NCBI GenBank assembly: GCA_963664815.2
Contig: CAXXHB010000003.1
Span: 992,001-1,056,000, forward strand
DNA from: Spirochaetota bacterium
Lineage (GTDB): Bacteria > Spirochaetota > UBA4802 > UBA5550
DNA: 64,000 bases
Reading direction: 5' to 3'
Positions 1 through 10,177 of this stretch are shown piece after piece. Position 1 is the stretch's first letter, and every line of letters starts with the position of its first letter. The position numbers and the translations under genes were made by a program. A model generated the notes under the pieces. It was not told the DNA's origin and did not search any database. It saw only the letters and a program-made list of their open reading frames with translations.

Positions 1-55
1 TAACACTCAATCAAACATGGGGGTTAACCCTTATTAAAAACTCAGGAGCTTAACA

Positions 56-259
56 ATGGCGCAAGGTACAGTTAAATGGTTTAATGACCAGAAAGGTTTT
101 GGTTTTATCTCAGCAGAAGATGGAAATGATTATTTTGTACACCACTCAAGCATAATAGCAGAGGGCTTTAAAACTCTTAAAGAGGGAGCACGTGTACAGT
201 TTGACATCGAAAAGACAGACAGAGGACCAAGAGCAGTCAAGGTTTCTGTAATAAAATAA
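56..259 (+). CDS. cspA: Cold-shock protein (CspA family)
   Basis: GTVKWFN..KGFGFI and YFVHHS RNP motifs; 67 aa; AGGAG RBS upstream. Confidence 0.95.
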   Translation: MAQGTVKWFNDQKGFGFISAEDGNDYFVHHSSIIAEGFKTLKEGARVQFDIEKTDRGPRAVKVSVIK

Positions 260-284
260 ATATTATACTTTTAAACCTGATAAT

Positions 285-312
285 AAACCTGACCTGATCG
301 TCAGGTTTTTTT
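285..312. terminator. Probable bidirectional intrinsic terminator
   Basis: AAACCTGA-cctgatcg-TCAGGTTT plus T-run between the convergent cspA and PP2C genes. Confidence 0.65.
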
Positions 313-313
313 A

Positions 314-1696
314 TCAGGAAATCTCAAGTCCTACAATACAAACATCATCACTTAACCTGTCATCCCCCTTGTATTCAATGAGCTTCTGGTATGAAAGCAT
401 GGTTATTTCATCTATAGGTTTATGCATTATTGAAGGAAGAACTTCGTTGAAATAGTAATCCTCGAACTGAATTCTTCGTGGATTGATTTCTTCAATTAAT
501 CCATCGGTATATAGAATTATTTTATCTTCAGGCTCAAGAATTATGGTCCGCTCTTCAAAGTCTATATTTTGATTTATACCGATAATTCCCCCCTTTGATT
601 TAAGATGAATTATCTCTCTATTACGTAAAAGAAGAGGGTAAGGGTGTCCGGCACGGGAAATTTTCATAATTCTGGTTTCTGAATCGTATAATATATATGC
701 AGCCGTCAGGAAGTTATCCCCTATCTGCCCGATAATATGCAGATTTATATATTTAAGAAATGCCGATGGCGAGAATTTGTTGTTTCCTGCCATTGAGTTA
801 AGGGTTTTCAGCATACTGGTTATGAGAGCGGCAGGTATTCCATGGCCGGAGACATCGCTTATAAAAATACCTATGAGATTGTTTTCTACGAACCGGATAT
901 AATCGTAAAAATCACCGCCGAGTTCCTCCATAGGTTTATAAATGGAATGAATTTTAACATTTTTCATATAGGGGCATACCCCCGGGAAGAGTTGAGACTG
1001 TATATGTTTTGCAAGCCGGAGCTCAACCTTCATGCTGTTCATAAGAGTGTTCAGATTCTGGTGTTTGTCAACAATCTCCTCCTGCTGTAAAAATTCCACT
1101 CTCATCAGATATTCAAGATAATATGAGGCCATAAGACCTATTACATTCGCACTGATAAAGAAAAAGTTGTTACTGACAAAAATCAGAAATTGATTGTTTG
1201 GAGAATCTATACTGGAAATTTTCTGAATAAATATGGCAGTGAATTCATAACCGAGTATAATTACTACGGAGGAGAAAAGGGAGTAAAAAAATCTCAGCCG
1301 GAAGAGTGAGCATATTCCCATAATTACAAGCAGAAGCCCGGCGTAATAATATCTGAAACCAGGTTCGCTTTCATTTGCAACGGCTATCATCGATATTATT
1401 CCAAGTCCCATGATAATAGAATTGAATGAAACTATACCCTGCATATGGTTACACAGAGACCGGAGGTATGTCAGAAGAATTGAAATTAAGGCTATTGGTA
1501 TAACTATACCGAATCTGATAATCCATATTGCCGGATACGAAACCGGCATCATATGAAGATCAAGAAATCCGAAAACGGCATAAAGCCATATTGTCAGCCA
1601 GAATCCAATACGGATTGTAGATAATGATTTTTGATTATAACGTTCAATGAATGCTTTTTCAAGATTCCTGTTTTTAAATGTAATCAATATTCTCAT
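314..1696 (-). CDS. Membrane-bound PP2C/SpoIIE-family Ser/Thr phosphatase
   Basis: About 6 hydrophobic N-terminal helices; GGDFYD, DVSGHG, YTDG and DD motifs. Confidence 0.9.
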   Translation of the reverse strand: MRILITFKNRNLEKAFIERYNQKSLSTIRIGFWLTIWLYAVFGFLDLHMMPVSYPAIWIIRFGIVIPIALISILLTYLRSLCNHMQGIVSFNSIIMGLGIISMIAVANESEPGFRYYYAGLLLVIMGICSLFRLRFFYSLFSSVVIILGYEFTAIFIQKISSIDSPNNQFLIFVSNNFFFISANVIGLMASYYLEYLMRVEFLQQEEIVDKHQNLNTLMNSMKVELRLAKHIQSQLFPGVCPYMKNVKIHSIYKPMEELGGDFYDYIRFVENNLIGIFISDVSGHGIPAALITSMLKTLNSMAGNNKFSPSAFLKYINLHIIGQIGDNFLTAAYILYDSETRIMKISRAGHPYPLLLRNREIIHLKSKGGIIGINQNIDFEERTIILEPEDKIILYTDGLIEEINPRRIQFEDYYFNEVLPSIMHKPIDEITMLSYQKLIEYKGDDRLSDDVCIVGLEIS

Positions 1697-2053
1697 AGAC
1701 AGATAATAATGAAAAACAGGAGTTATTGATATATTTTTTCAGTAATAATTTCTGAACTTTTTTATAAAAAATCCCATTCTCCCGGCTGCCGAAGACGGTT
1801 TGCAGATATAATTGTTTATTTTTACACTAAAATATACATTAAGGAATTATCATTTTTTTATTTATAATAGAACTGTTTTAAAAAGATTATTAATGGCAGA
1901 GGGCTGTCTGCATAGCTGATAATTTTTAACAGACCCTCAGTTTGAAAGCCGGGTCTGTTAAATCTGTTCAAAATAAAGTATAATTAATTACTGACAGTGT
2001 CTGTCTGCAGTTTTAATACAATGTTGCATTGAGATGGAAAGAGTAAATACAGG

Positions 2054-2857
2054 TTACGGCTTTATCACCTCAGCTATTTTACTCTCCCTGATAATATCAT
2101 CTTCTGACAGGGATGAAAGCTCATCGAAAATGTTTACAAGAAAACTCCCTGCTCCGCTGCTTTTTAATGAAGCCTTCTCCCCGGCTATTCCCCATGCGGA
2201 GAGTGCCGCTGCTGATGCAATAGTAAGGTTACCCGGAAGTACTGCCGCGAAACATCCGATCATTGAAGCTGCCATGCAGCCTGTGCCTACAACCTTCCCC
2301 ATCAGTTCGGATCCGTTGTCTGCTGTGAAGAGCTTTCCTCCGCCTGCAATATAATCTCTCGCACCGGTGATTACAACTGTGCAGGACAGTTTCTGTGAAA
2401 GATTAAACGCTACATCTGAAAGGTCATGCAATACCTCCGTGCTGTCTACGCCTTTTGTGGTTGCATCGAGGCCGGCAATGCATGAAACCTCTGAAGCATT
2501 CCCCTTAATAACTCCGATGTATCCTGAAGAGATGAGTCTTAAGCAGCTGGAATTTCTCATGCCGCTTGCTCCGGCCCCGCAGACATCGAGGACTACCGGT
2601 ATTTTTTTCCCTGAAGCTGACCTGGCAGCAATCAGCATGCTTTCAACAATATCTTCTGTCAGGGTACCGATATTGAGGACAAGAGATGATGAAATAGATG
2701 TGATCTCCGCCGCTTCCTGCGATGCATGAGCCATTACGGGAGATGCGCCCAGTGATTTGACCGCCTGTGCACAATTGAATATTGTAACCCAGTTTGTAAT
2801 GTGGTGGACAAGCGGTTGTTTTGTACGGATTTCATTTAGAAGTGAGTGAATCTGCAT
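2054..2857 (-). CDS. thiM: Hydroxyethylthiazole kinase
   Basis: PLVHHITNWV, GASPVMA, LNIGTL, GNASE, VGTGC motifs; TPP riboswitch upstream. Confidence 0.95.
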   Translation of the reverse strand: MQIHSLLNEIRTKQPLVHHITNWVTIFNCAQAVKSLGASPVMAHASQEAAEITSISSSLVLNIGTLTEDIVESMLIAARSASGKKIPVVLDVCGAGASGMRNSSCLRLISSGYIGVIKGNASEVSCIAGLDATTKGVDSTEVLHDLSDVAFNLSQKLSCTVVITGARDYIAGGGKLFTADNGSELMGKVVGTGCMAASMIGCFAAVLPGNLTIASAAALSAWGIAGEKASLKSSGAGSFLVNIFDELSSLSEDDIIRESKIAEVIKP

Positions 2858-2911
2858 AAAAAATCCCCTTAATTTATAATAGGGGGTTTCAGAGAATATA
2901 TATTCCGGTTT

Positions 2912-2988
2912 TTTTCCCTACGCCGGCATTATCCGGATCAGGTTATACGGGTATAATCTCAGGCTCGTTAATGAACCACCCCAGAATT
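2912..2988 (-). ncRNA. TPP (THI-box) riboswitch
   Basis: Minus strand reads GGGGTG...CTGAGA..ATACCCGTATAACCTGATCCGGATAATGCCGGCGTAGGGAA, the TPP aptamer consensus, directly upstream of thiM. Confidence 0.93.
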
Positions 2989-3248
2989 CTATCTTTATTT
3001 TTTTTTAAAATTGAGTCAAGAAAATAAAGATAGAATAGCAGCTGTTTAATATATTTTTTATGTTCTGATATAAAAGTATTTGCCTTATTTTTGTAAATTA
3101 TTTCACTATTTATTCTTTACCCTGGGAAATATGGTTTCACCCGCAGATGGCGGTCTGGGGATATGATGAATTATAAAATGATAAATTATAAATGGAATAT
3201 TTCTGTTATTGATATCGTAACATTTTAATATATATTTAATAAAGAGAG

Positions 3249-4934
3249 GTGCGGAAATTGGACGGGATGACAAAGGCGCAGAGAGGGAGAATCGCGATCC
3301 GTACATTCAAAGTTATGGCTGATGCTCTTGCTCTGAGGGGATACTATAAACCATCAGGCCGTTCAGGGCAGACTCTTGTCGAGAGCTTAAAAATGCTCTC
3401 CCCTGAAATTTACGGTACCATGAATGATCCGAGAATTATTGAATTGAAGGGGCTTGAATATGTTGTTGACCGGCTCCCCAAGGGTATTGAGGAGTGCAAC
3501 CGGGTAATACTCACTGCAGAGGAAAAGCTCGACCATACGGCATTTGAGAAAATAATCCCTCTTAAACGGAGAAGGGTATCTTACAGGATAAGTAAAAACG
3601 AGATTAATTTTATTATTACCCAGGGGATGAGCGAGATATATGATATATTGACTCATCTTACGTTTCTTAATATTGAATCACATAAGATAAAAAATCAGAT
3701 TATGGATGAATCTGGTAATATGACATCCGAGTGGGTTCTTCTTGAAAAGGATGCTGGGAACAATTCTCTTCAGGGAACTGAGCTTGACAGGGCTCTCTGG
3801 AATTTAAGTATAATTCTGGGGAGAACTTTCACCGAGACAAGGGATACATACCAGTATCTGGAAGAATCAAAAAAAGAGAAACAAAGCAACAATGGCCTGT
3901 TTAAAATAATATATGACCTTGGTATACGCGCGCTTGAAGATGAAAATTACAGGGAAAGCATGATGATGATCTACTTTACCCCCTCTCTCCGGGATATGAT
4001 TGGAAGGCATAAGTACGGGACGCAATGGGCAGACAGGGTCAAGAAAAGAATTCTTGAGCTTGGCTTTGAAAAACGGCCACTTCATATTATAAGTGCCAAT
4101 ATGCACAGCGTGATGAATGCGCTTTATGCATGGGAGGCTTTGAGGGATAAGCGCATCAGCGATGAAGAGGACCTTTATGAATTTATATCACGAGGAAGAG
4201 AATTTCAGGGTCAGATTAATAAATTCGCTCTGGAGAATGGTCTGTATGAACTTCCCGATGATTCCGGTTTTTCAATCGATTGCCAGTTAATTGATATGGC
4301 TGCGTTTAATGGTATTGAAATTCATCCGGAGATTCAGATTACCAACGGGCACTCGCCAGAAAATAAGCCGGTGATACTGATCATCGATTATGCCTTCGGG
4401 GCGCAGGCGTATGAGGTTATGGATGAACTCCTGAGCCCTCATGTAGTCAACGACGTTGATCATTACTTTCATTTCAAATCGATTTCAATTATGGGGAAGG
4501 CGGGTACTCTCCCCGGCAGGAAGGGGGATATTATGCTCCCTACTGCACATGTCTTTGAAGGAAACCCGCACAACTATATAGTCGAAAATGATCTTGATCC
4601 TAGGGATTTTGACGGATCAATACCTGTTTATGTCGGTCCCATTGTTACAGTTCTGGGAACCTCTCTGCAGAATATTGACGTCCTTGAAAAATTCCAGAAA
4701 TCAAGCTGGAAGGCTGTGGGCCTTGAAATGGAAGGTGGACATTATCACAGGGCGGTAAACGCAGCTGTAATAAGGGGGCATATTCCACGGGATGTCAGGG
4801 TGAGGTATGCATATTACGCTTCGGATAATCCGCTTTTAAGCGGACAGACGCTCTCCTCTGGTGCGCTGGGTGAAGAGGGAATTAAGCCGACATATATGAT
4901 AACAAGGGTAATCCTTGAGAAAATACTGAATTGA
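3249..4934 (+). CDS. Conserved hypothetical protein (DUF6909-like) with a C-terminal nucleoside-phosphorylase-like region; start may be 3258 or 3267
   Basis: 561-aa ORF; MGKAG..GDIMLP and GLEMEG motifs resemble the PNP/AMP nucleosidase fold; family name recalled, not searched. Confidence 0.65.
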   Translation: MRKLDGMTKAQRGRIAIRTFKVMADALALRGYYKPSGRSGQTLVESLKMLSPEIYGTMNDPRIIELKGLEYVVDRLPKGIEECNRVILTAEEKLDHTAFEKIIPLKRRRVSYRISKNEINFIITQGMSEIYDILTHLTFLNIESHKIKNQIMDESGNMTSEWVLLEKDAGNNSLQGTELDRALWNLSIILGRTFTETRDTYQYLEESKKEKQSNNGLFKIIYDLGIRALEDENYRESMMMIYFTPSLRDMIGRHKYGTQWADRVKKRILELGFEKRPLHIISANMHSVMNALYAWEALRDKRISDEEDLYEFISRGREFQGQINKFALENGLYELPDDSGFSIDCQLIDMAAFNGIEIHPEIQITNGHSPENKPVILIIDYAFGAQAYEVMDELLSPHVVNDVDHYFHFKSISIMGKAGTLPGRKGDIMLPTAHVFEGNPHNYIVENDLDPRDFDGSIPVYVGPIVTVLGTSLQNIDVLEKFQKSSWKAVGLEMEGGHYHRAVNAAVIRGHIPRDVRVRYAYYASDNPLLSGQTLSSGALGEEGIKPTYMITRVILEKILN

Positions 4935-4957
4935 ATTATATATTATTTTATAATTCA

Positions 4958-4991
4958 AAAAAAAAGGCCTCCTTGAAAGGAGGCTGAGTTT
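4958..4991 (+). terminator. Probable intrinsic terminator
   Basis: GCCTCCT-tgaa-AGGAGGC hairpin preceded by an A-run and followed shortly by a T-run, just after the ORF stop. Confidence 0.6.
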
Positions 4992-5302
4992 TGCCGGTTA
5001 CTTTTTGTGGAGGGGATGTCTGGATTCCTCTGGATTATCATGAACTGATAAATCTGCTGCTTAAAGGATTTCAAACAATAAATATATATATGCACAGATA
5101 AGAAAAAGATGGAATAGCCCGGACAGCTATTTTTTAGTAGCTGTTTAGCACTTAATTATGTAGCTGTTTTATTCTTTTTTAGACCCTTTAAAGAGGACAT
5201 AAATAAAGGTCAGATAATAATCAGTTACCGTCACAGGGAATTAATTCAAGCTGATTAATTTTGTTTTACCATACATCTGAATTGCAGGGGGAAATGTAAC
5301 AC

Positions 5303-6412
5303 ATGAATTCCGGTTATATACCAGCAGATTTTATCAGAGATAACAACCTGATTCCCGTATGGGAAAAGGTCAGAAATGAAATACCGGTCAGCGAGGATGA
5401 TCTTCTGAAAATGCTTTGTACCGATGATGTAATGGGACTTGGAGCAATAGCCGGTTATATCAGAAACAGTATTAACGGCCGGAAGGGATTTTACGGCGTA
5501 AACATGAATCTTAACTATACAAATATCTGTGAACTGAGATGCCCGCTCTGCGCTTTTTCATGCGACAGGGATGATCATCAGTCATATGTATATTCCATTG
5601 ATGAAATTGAAAGCAGGGTAAAGGCGGAGGTTGATCGCGGTATAGATGAAGTCCATATCGTGGGCGGGCTTAATCCTGAACTGAAACTCGATTACTTTGA
5701 AGAGATGCTGCGGCGTATTAAAAAAATAAAAAATGATATATTCATAGTAGCATTCACTGCAGTTGAGTATGATTACTTTGCAAGGATAAATAATATCCCT
5801 GTAGAGGAGGTTTTCCGCAGACTGATCGATTCAGGGCTCGGCGCATTGCCTGGCGGCGGTGCCGAGATTTTTGCCGAAGGTAAAAGGGCTATTATCGCGC
5901 CAAAAAAGATTTCAGGAAAACGCTGGCTTGAAATAATGGAGATAGCTCACGGATTTGGCCTTAAGACCAATGCCACACTTCTATATAATCATATTGAGGA
6001 TGCCGGTGATATCGTTCACCATCTGTCAGCCCTCAGGTCAGTACAGGACAGAACCGGCGGATTCAAGACATTTGTTCCGCTGTCATACCATGACGGGAAT
6101 ACCGGGATTAAAGCAAAGAAGCGATCAAGTACGGGATTTGACGATGTAAGACTTTATGCCTCAGCGCGGATATTCCTCCATAATATCCCGCATATTAAGG
6201 CTCTCTGGATGTATATCGGAGAGAAGATGGCCCAGGTGCTGCTTAATATCGGTATCGATGACATAGGCGCTACCTACAATTATGAAAAAGTTGTTCATTC
6301 TGCAGGAGCCTCCACGCCTGATTACGGATCGGAACAGTTTTTAAGGCGGCTTATTGAATCCGCCGGTTATGAACCTGAAAGGGTTACAGCTGCTTATGAG
6401 GTTAAAAAATGA
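5303..6412 (+). CDS. mqnE: Aminofutalosine synthase (radical SAM, CofH/MqnE family)
   Basis: NYTNICELRCPLCAF CxxxCxxC motif, PGGGAEIF, HIKALW; in the mqn cluster. Confidence 0.88.
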   Translation: MNSGYIPADFIRDNNLIPVWEKVRNEIPVSEDDLLKMLCTDDVMGLGAIAGYIRNSINGRKGFYGVNMNLNYTNICELRCPLCAFSCDRDDHQSYVYSIDEIESRVKAEVDRGIDEVHIVGGLNPELKLDYFEEMLRRIKKIKNDIFIVAFTAVEYDYFARINNIPVEEVFRRLIDSGLGALPGGGAEIFAEGKRAIIAPKKISGKRWLEIMEIAHGFGLKTNATLLYNHIEDAGDIVHHLSALRSVQDRTGGFKTFVPLSYHDGNTGIKAKKRSSTGFDDVRLYASARIFLHNIPHIKALWMYIGEKMAQVLLNIGIDDIGATYNYEKVVHSAGASTPDYGSEQFLRRLIESAGYEPERVTAAYEVKK

Positions 6413-7221
6413 AGATCGGGTATATTGATTATCTTAACTGCTATCCTTTTTATCACCATATGTTTCATAAAGAATTTCTGAATCATACAATTGTGCCAAG
6501 GTATCCGGGCGAACTGAATACGTTAATGAAAGAGGGAAAACTGGATATGAGCCCCATTTCGGCAGGCGCCTATCCTGAAATCCAGGACAGGGTTGTTCTG
6601 CTTCCGGATTTCTGTCTAAGTTCAATAGGGTATGTCCGTTCAGTAGTGCTTCAGAGCAAACTCCCTATTGAAGACCTTGAAGGGAAAAGAATAGGACTCA
6701 CTTCAGCATCAAAAACCTCGGTGGTTCTGCTTAAGCTGCTGCTGGGTAAATACTATCATCTGAAACCTGAATATATTTCCTGCGCCCCTGATCCTGACAT
6801 GACAGATCTTGATGCGGCTCTGGTGATAGGGAATGAGGCAATGGTTGAAGCTGAGAGGCCGATGCCATATATTTATGATCTTGGCGATCTGTGGTTCAGG
6901 AAAACCGGTTATCCTGTTGTCTTCGCTGTGATTGCGGTTCAAAAGGAGACTGCAGCTGCATATATTGACAAAGTGCTGGAAGTGTCCGGGTCATTCAGGC
7001 TTTCGCTGAATGATCTCCGGGATAACAGAAGAGATGTGGTGCAGTTTGCCGGGGAGAAGTATCCTCATATTACTTACGATATAGATCACTATTACAATCT
7101 TCTGAAGTTCGATTTTACCGACGATCTTAAAAGGGCGCTTGAATTTTATTTCTCCGAGGCTTATTCAATGAGTCTTCTCGATGAAGTAAAGAAAATTAAT
7201 TATATCAATATAAATATGTAG
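6409..7221 (+). CDS. mqnA: Chorismate dehydratase
   Basis: KIGYIDYLNCYP, SASKTSVVL, YDLGDLW...P.VFAV; ATGA overlap with mqnE. Confidence 0.9.
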   Translation: MKIGYIDYLNCYPFYHHMFHKEFLNHTIVPRYPGELNTLMKEGKLDMSPISAGAYPEIQDRVVLLPDFCLSSIGYVRSVVLQSKLPIEDLEGKRIGLTSASKTSVVLLKLLLGKYYHLKPEYISCAPDPDMTDLDAALVIGNEAMVEAERPMPYIYDLGDLWFRKTGYPVVFAVIAVQKETAAAYIDKVLEVSGSFRLSLNDLRDNRRDVVQFAGEKYPHITYDIDHYYNLLKFDFTDDLKRALEFYFSEAYSMSLLDEVKKINYININM

Positions 7222-7322
7222 TGGCGAAGCGCTCAGCGCTTTTTGTGGAATAGAGAGGGGCGTTGATCCCTGATTCATCTATTCCTTTTAACCTGGAAGA
7301 ATTATTATTAAGAGAAACCATT

Positions 7323-8390
7323 ATGATAAATAAAGAAGAATTAAGAAGAAAAATAGAATCTGGCGCAAGGATAACTCAGGAAGAGGGAACCGGACTTTTC
7401 AAATGGGATATTGCGGAACTCGGAGTAATGGGTGATCTCCGCAGAAGAATGGCTTATCCGGATGATACCGCCGGTTTTATACTGGACCGGATAATCAATT
7501 ATACAAATATCTGCGAGGCTCAATGCAGTTTCTGTGCCTACCATTCCAGGGCGGGGAGTGTACCCCCATATGATCTTACACTTGATGACATACTGGAAAA
7601 AATAGAACAACTGAAGGGTATCAACGGACTGCAGGTTATGCTTCAGGGTGGATTACACCCTGATGCAAATCTGGATTTTTATATTGATTTGGTTTCAGCT
7701 GTAAAAAAACGTTTTCCCGGAATATATCTTCATTCGTTTTCCCCTTCAGAGATAGTTCATATCTCGGCAAAGAGCGGGTTTTCATATGATGAAATAATTA
7801 AAAGACTGAAGAATGCAGGGCTTGATTCAATACCGGGGGCTTCTGACCTGCTGGTTGAAAGGATAAGAAAAACAGTAAGCCCGAAAAAAAGCACAGTTGA
7901 ACAGTGGTGTAATGTAATGCGGGCCCTTAAAAATAACGGTATGGGATCTACAGCAACAATGACATACGGCATGGGTGAAACGGATGCCGAAAAAATCAGT
8001 CATCTTGATGTAATACGTTCGATACAGGATGAAACCGGGATTATCCGCGCCTTTATTCCATGGTCATTCTCTCCGAAGAATACAGATATGGAACATATCA
8101 CTCCGGCTACAGGAGTTGATTACCTGAAGGTAGTCGCCATTGCGCGTATATACCTTGACAATGTCGTATATATTCAGGCGGGATGGCTGACCGAGGGTCT
8201 TAAGCTCGCTCAGATTGCACTGGCAATGGGTGCAAATGATATGGGCGGAGTGCTGATGGAGGAAGTGGTGGTTAAAGCCACGGGAGTAGAGACATCTACC
8301 GACATGGATGAGCTTATTGAGATAATAAAAAATGCCGGGAAGAAAGCTGTGCTCAGGGATTCCGAGTACAGAATTATTCAGAGATTTTAA
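7323..8390 (+). CDS. mqnC: Cyclic dehypoxanthine futalosine synthase (radical SAM)
   Basis: DRIINYTNICEAQCSFCAY, LQGGLHP, AFIPWSF, GANDMG; ATG 7323 preferred over TTG 7263. Confidence 0.88.
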   Translation: MINKEELRRKIESGARITQEEGTGLFKWDIAELGVMGDLRRRMAYPDDTAGFILDRIINYTNICEAQCSFCAYHSRAGSVPPYDLTLDDILEKIEQLKGINGLQVMLQGGLHPDANLDFYIDLVSAVKKRFPGIYLHSFSPSEIVHISAKSGFSYDEIIKRLKNAGLDSIPGASDLLVERIRKTVSPKKSTVEQWCNVMRALKNNGMGSTATMTYGMGETDAEKISHLDVIRSIQDETGIIRAFIPWSFSPKNTDMEHITPATGVDYLKVVAIARIYLDNVVYIQAGWLTEGLKLAQIALAMGANDMGGVLMEEVVVKATGVETSTDMDELIEIIKNAGKKAVLRDSEYRIIQRF

Positions 8391-8474
8391 CAATTTCCGG
8401 GCACAGCATGTATTTTTAAACAGCAGTATCCACTCTGATAACGGCAGGGTTTTTGCATTTTAAAATATATCATG

Positions 8475-9080
8475 TTACATGAATTCTGCAAGGAAAAAGC
8501 TGTACAGCATGTCTCTGGTTGTTTTAATATTCTCTATTATCTGGTTATCGATTGTATGTGCGGGAGTGTCCGTAACTATTTTGAAAAGGTAGTTTTTTAC
8601 TTTGAATGTTCTGCATGCCTGTACAAAACCTGCACCCTCCATATCCACGAGAGAGGCCAGAAGCCCGGCCTTTTCTCTCTCTTCAGGTGAAACAACTGCA
8701 ACATCCCGTGTTGCAAGGGTAACAACATTATAATTCTGAAGAGTATCCGGTTTAAGAAATCTCGGTTTTGAGCCTACAAGTGTGGGGCGGTCATAATCTA
8801 TCACGGCACCTATATGCAGGATTTCGCCCAGTTCATATTTTTCAGTGGTTGATCCTGCAGCCCCTATGTTGTACATGATTTCAGTATTAAACTTTGTAAT
8901 AAGGTATGTCGCTGCAATGGCCGCGTTTGCTTTGCCAATTCCGGAAAGAACAAGATAGAACGATTTATGCCGGTAGACCGGAAGAGGTTTTTCCTCAACA
9001 GGAGTGAAAAGTCCGGAATCTATGAATGGTGCCGCCTCAATACGGGTTGCCATTATAATGCCGGCTGTCATTTTATTCAT
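8475..9080 (-). CDS. MTA/SAH nucleosidase-like futalosine/aminofutalosine hydrolase (MqnB/MtnN role)
   Basis: SGIGKANAA, NIGAAG, VDMEGAG PNP-fold motifs; overlaps the end of mqnD. Confidence 0.8.
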   Translation of the reverse strand: MNKMTAGIIMATRIEAAPFIDSGLFTPVEEKPLPVYRHKSFYLVLSGIGKANAAIAATYLITKFNTEIMYNIGAAGSTTEKYELGEILHIGAVIDYDRPTLVGSKPRFLKPDTLQNYNVVTLATRDVAVVSPEEREKAGLLASLVDMEGAGFVQACRTFKVKNYLFKIVTDTPAHTIDNQIIENIKTTRDMLYSFFLAEFM

Positions 9081-9880
9081 GATATTATCTTTTTCTCCAT
9101 TGCGATTTCCTCAAGTTTCTTCACTGCCCTGTGTCCTGCATCGCCGAGATCAATTGTGAAATCATTCACATAAAGCCTGATGTGGTTTTCTATTACTTCA
9201 TCATCGAGCTCCTGAGAATGAAGCTTTATATATTCCCTTGAAGCGCTTCTGTTATTGAGGGCATACCGGACAGATGATTTTAAGATTGTATCAAGTTCAT
9301 CCTGCTCCTCCCTGGTGAAACATGCATTTTTCACCGTAATGCATCCAAGTGGTATGGGGGAAGAGGTTTCATTTTCCCACCATTCTCCCAGATCAATGAT
9401 TGATCTGAGGCCATAGTTCCGGTATATGAATCTTCCCTCGTGTATTATAAGCCCTGCGTCATATTTTCCCTCTTTAACGTCATCCATGATATAATCAAAT
9501 CTGAGCGGGACAACATGTTTTATATGTGGCTCCCATAACCTGAGAAGCATGTAGGCGGTAGTGTATTCGCCGGGAATGGCAATAGTCATGTCATCGATCT
9601 TTTTTTCTGAGCCGGCAGATACAAGAATGGGACCGCAACCGAAACCGAGTGCCGAGCCTGAATTGAGCAGATTATACCTTCTCTTCAGTTGAAGATAGGC
9701 GTTAAATGAAAGCTTTGTCATATCAAACTTTTCTTCAAAGGCTGATCTGTTCAGGGTTTCAACATCGAGCAGGCTGGGGGTAAACCGGTAGTCGCCTGTA
9801 TCCACAAGGCCGTGAAGCATGGCATGAAAAATAAACGTATCATTAGGGCATGGTGAAAATGCCAGTGTTACAGTTTTCAT
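9077..9880 (-). CDS. mqnD: 1,4-dihydroxy-6-naphthoate synthase
   Basis: FSPCPNDTFIF, ALGFGCGP, IIHEGRF, DLGEWW, HIRLYVN. Confidence 0.93.
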   Translation of the reverse strand: MKTVTLAFSPCPNDTFIFHAMLHGLVDTGDYRFTPSLLDVETLNRSAFEEKFDMTKLSFNAYLQLKRRYNLLNSGSALGFGCGPILVSAGSEKKIDDMTIAIPGEYTTAYMLLRLWEPHIKHVVPLRFDYIMDDVKEGKYDAGLIIHEGRFIYRNYGLRSIIDLGEWWENETSSPIPLGCITVKNACFTREEQDELDTILKSSVRYALNNRSASREYIKLHSQELDDEVIENHIRLYVNDFTIDLGDAGHRAVKKLEEIAMEKKIIS

Positions 9881-10177
9881 TGTTTTCCTTTATCTTTAAT
9901 TATGCTGAGTCATTAATTATCAGTGTATTATTTTTAAAAATATACATCAGATTCAGACAATATATTTATCAGTAAAAAAATTCAATGTTAATTTTCTGGC
10001 ATTGAATTTTTGTGTAAAATAAACAAATATATATTTCCGGCTCATTTTAATCGTGGAGAATTGAATATTTGGAGAATGTAATATTTTCCATTGTAAAAAG
10101 CTGAGAAATTATTATTGGAAAAAAAATTGATAATCACGGCATTAATATTATTATATTAAGTATGGACATGTGGAGGT

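Noticed and set aside
5123-5170. Repeated TAGCTGTTT motifs upstream of mqnE
   Set aside because: Short, AT-rich and matching no regulator I can name; too weak to call.
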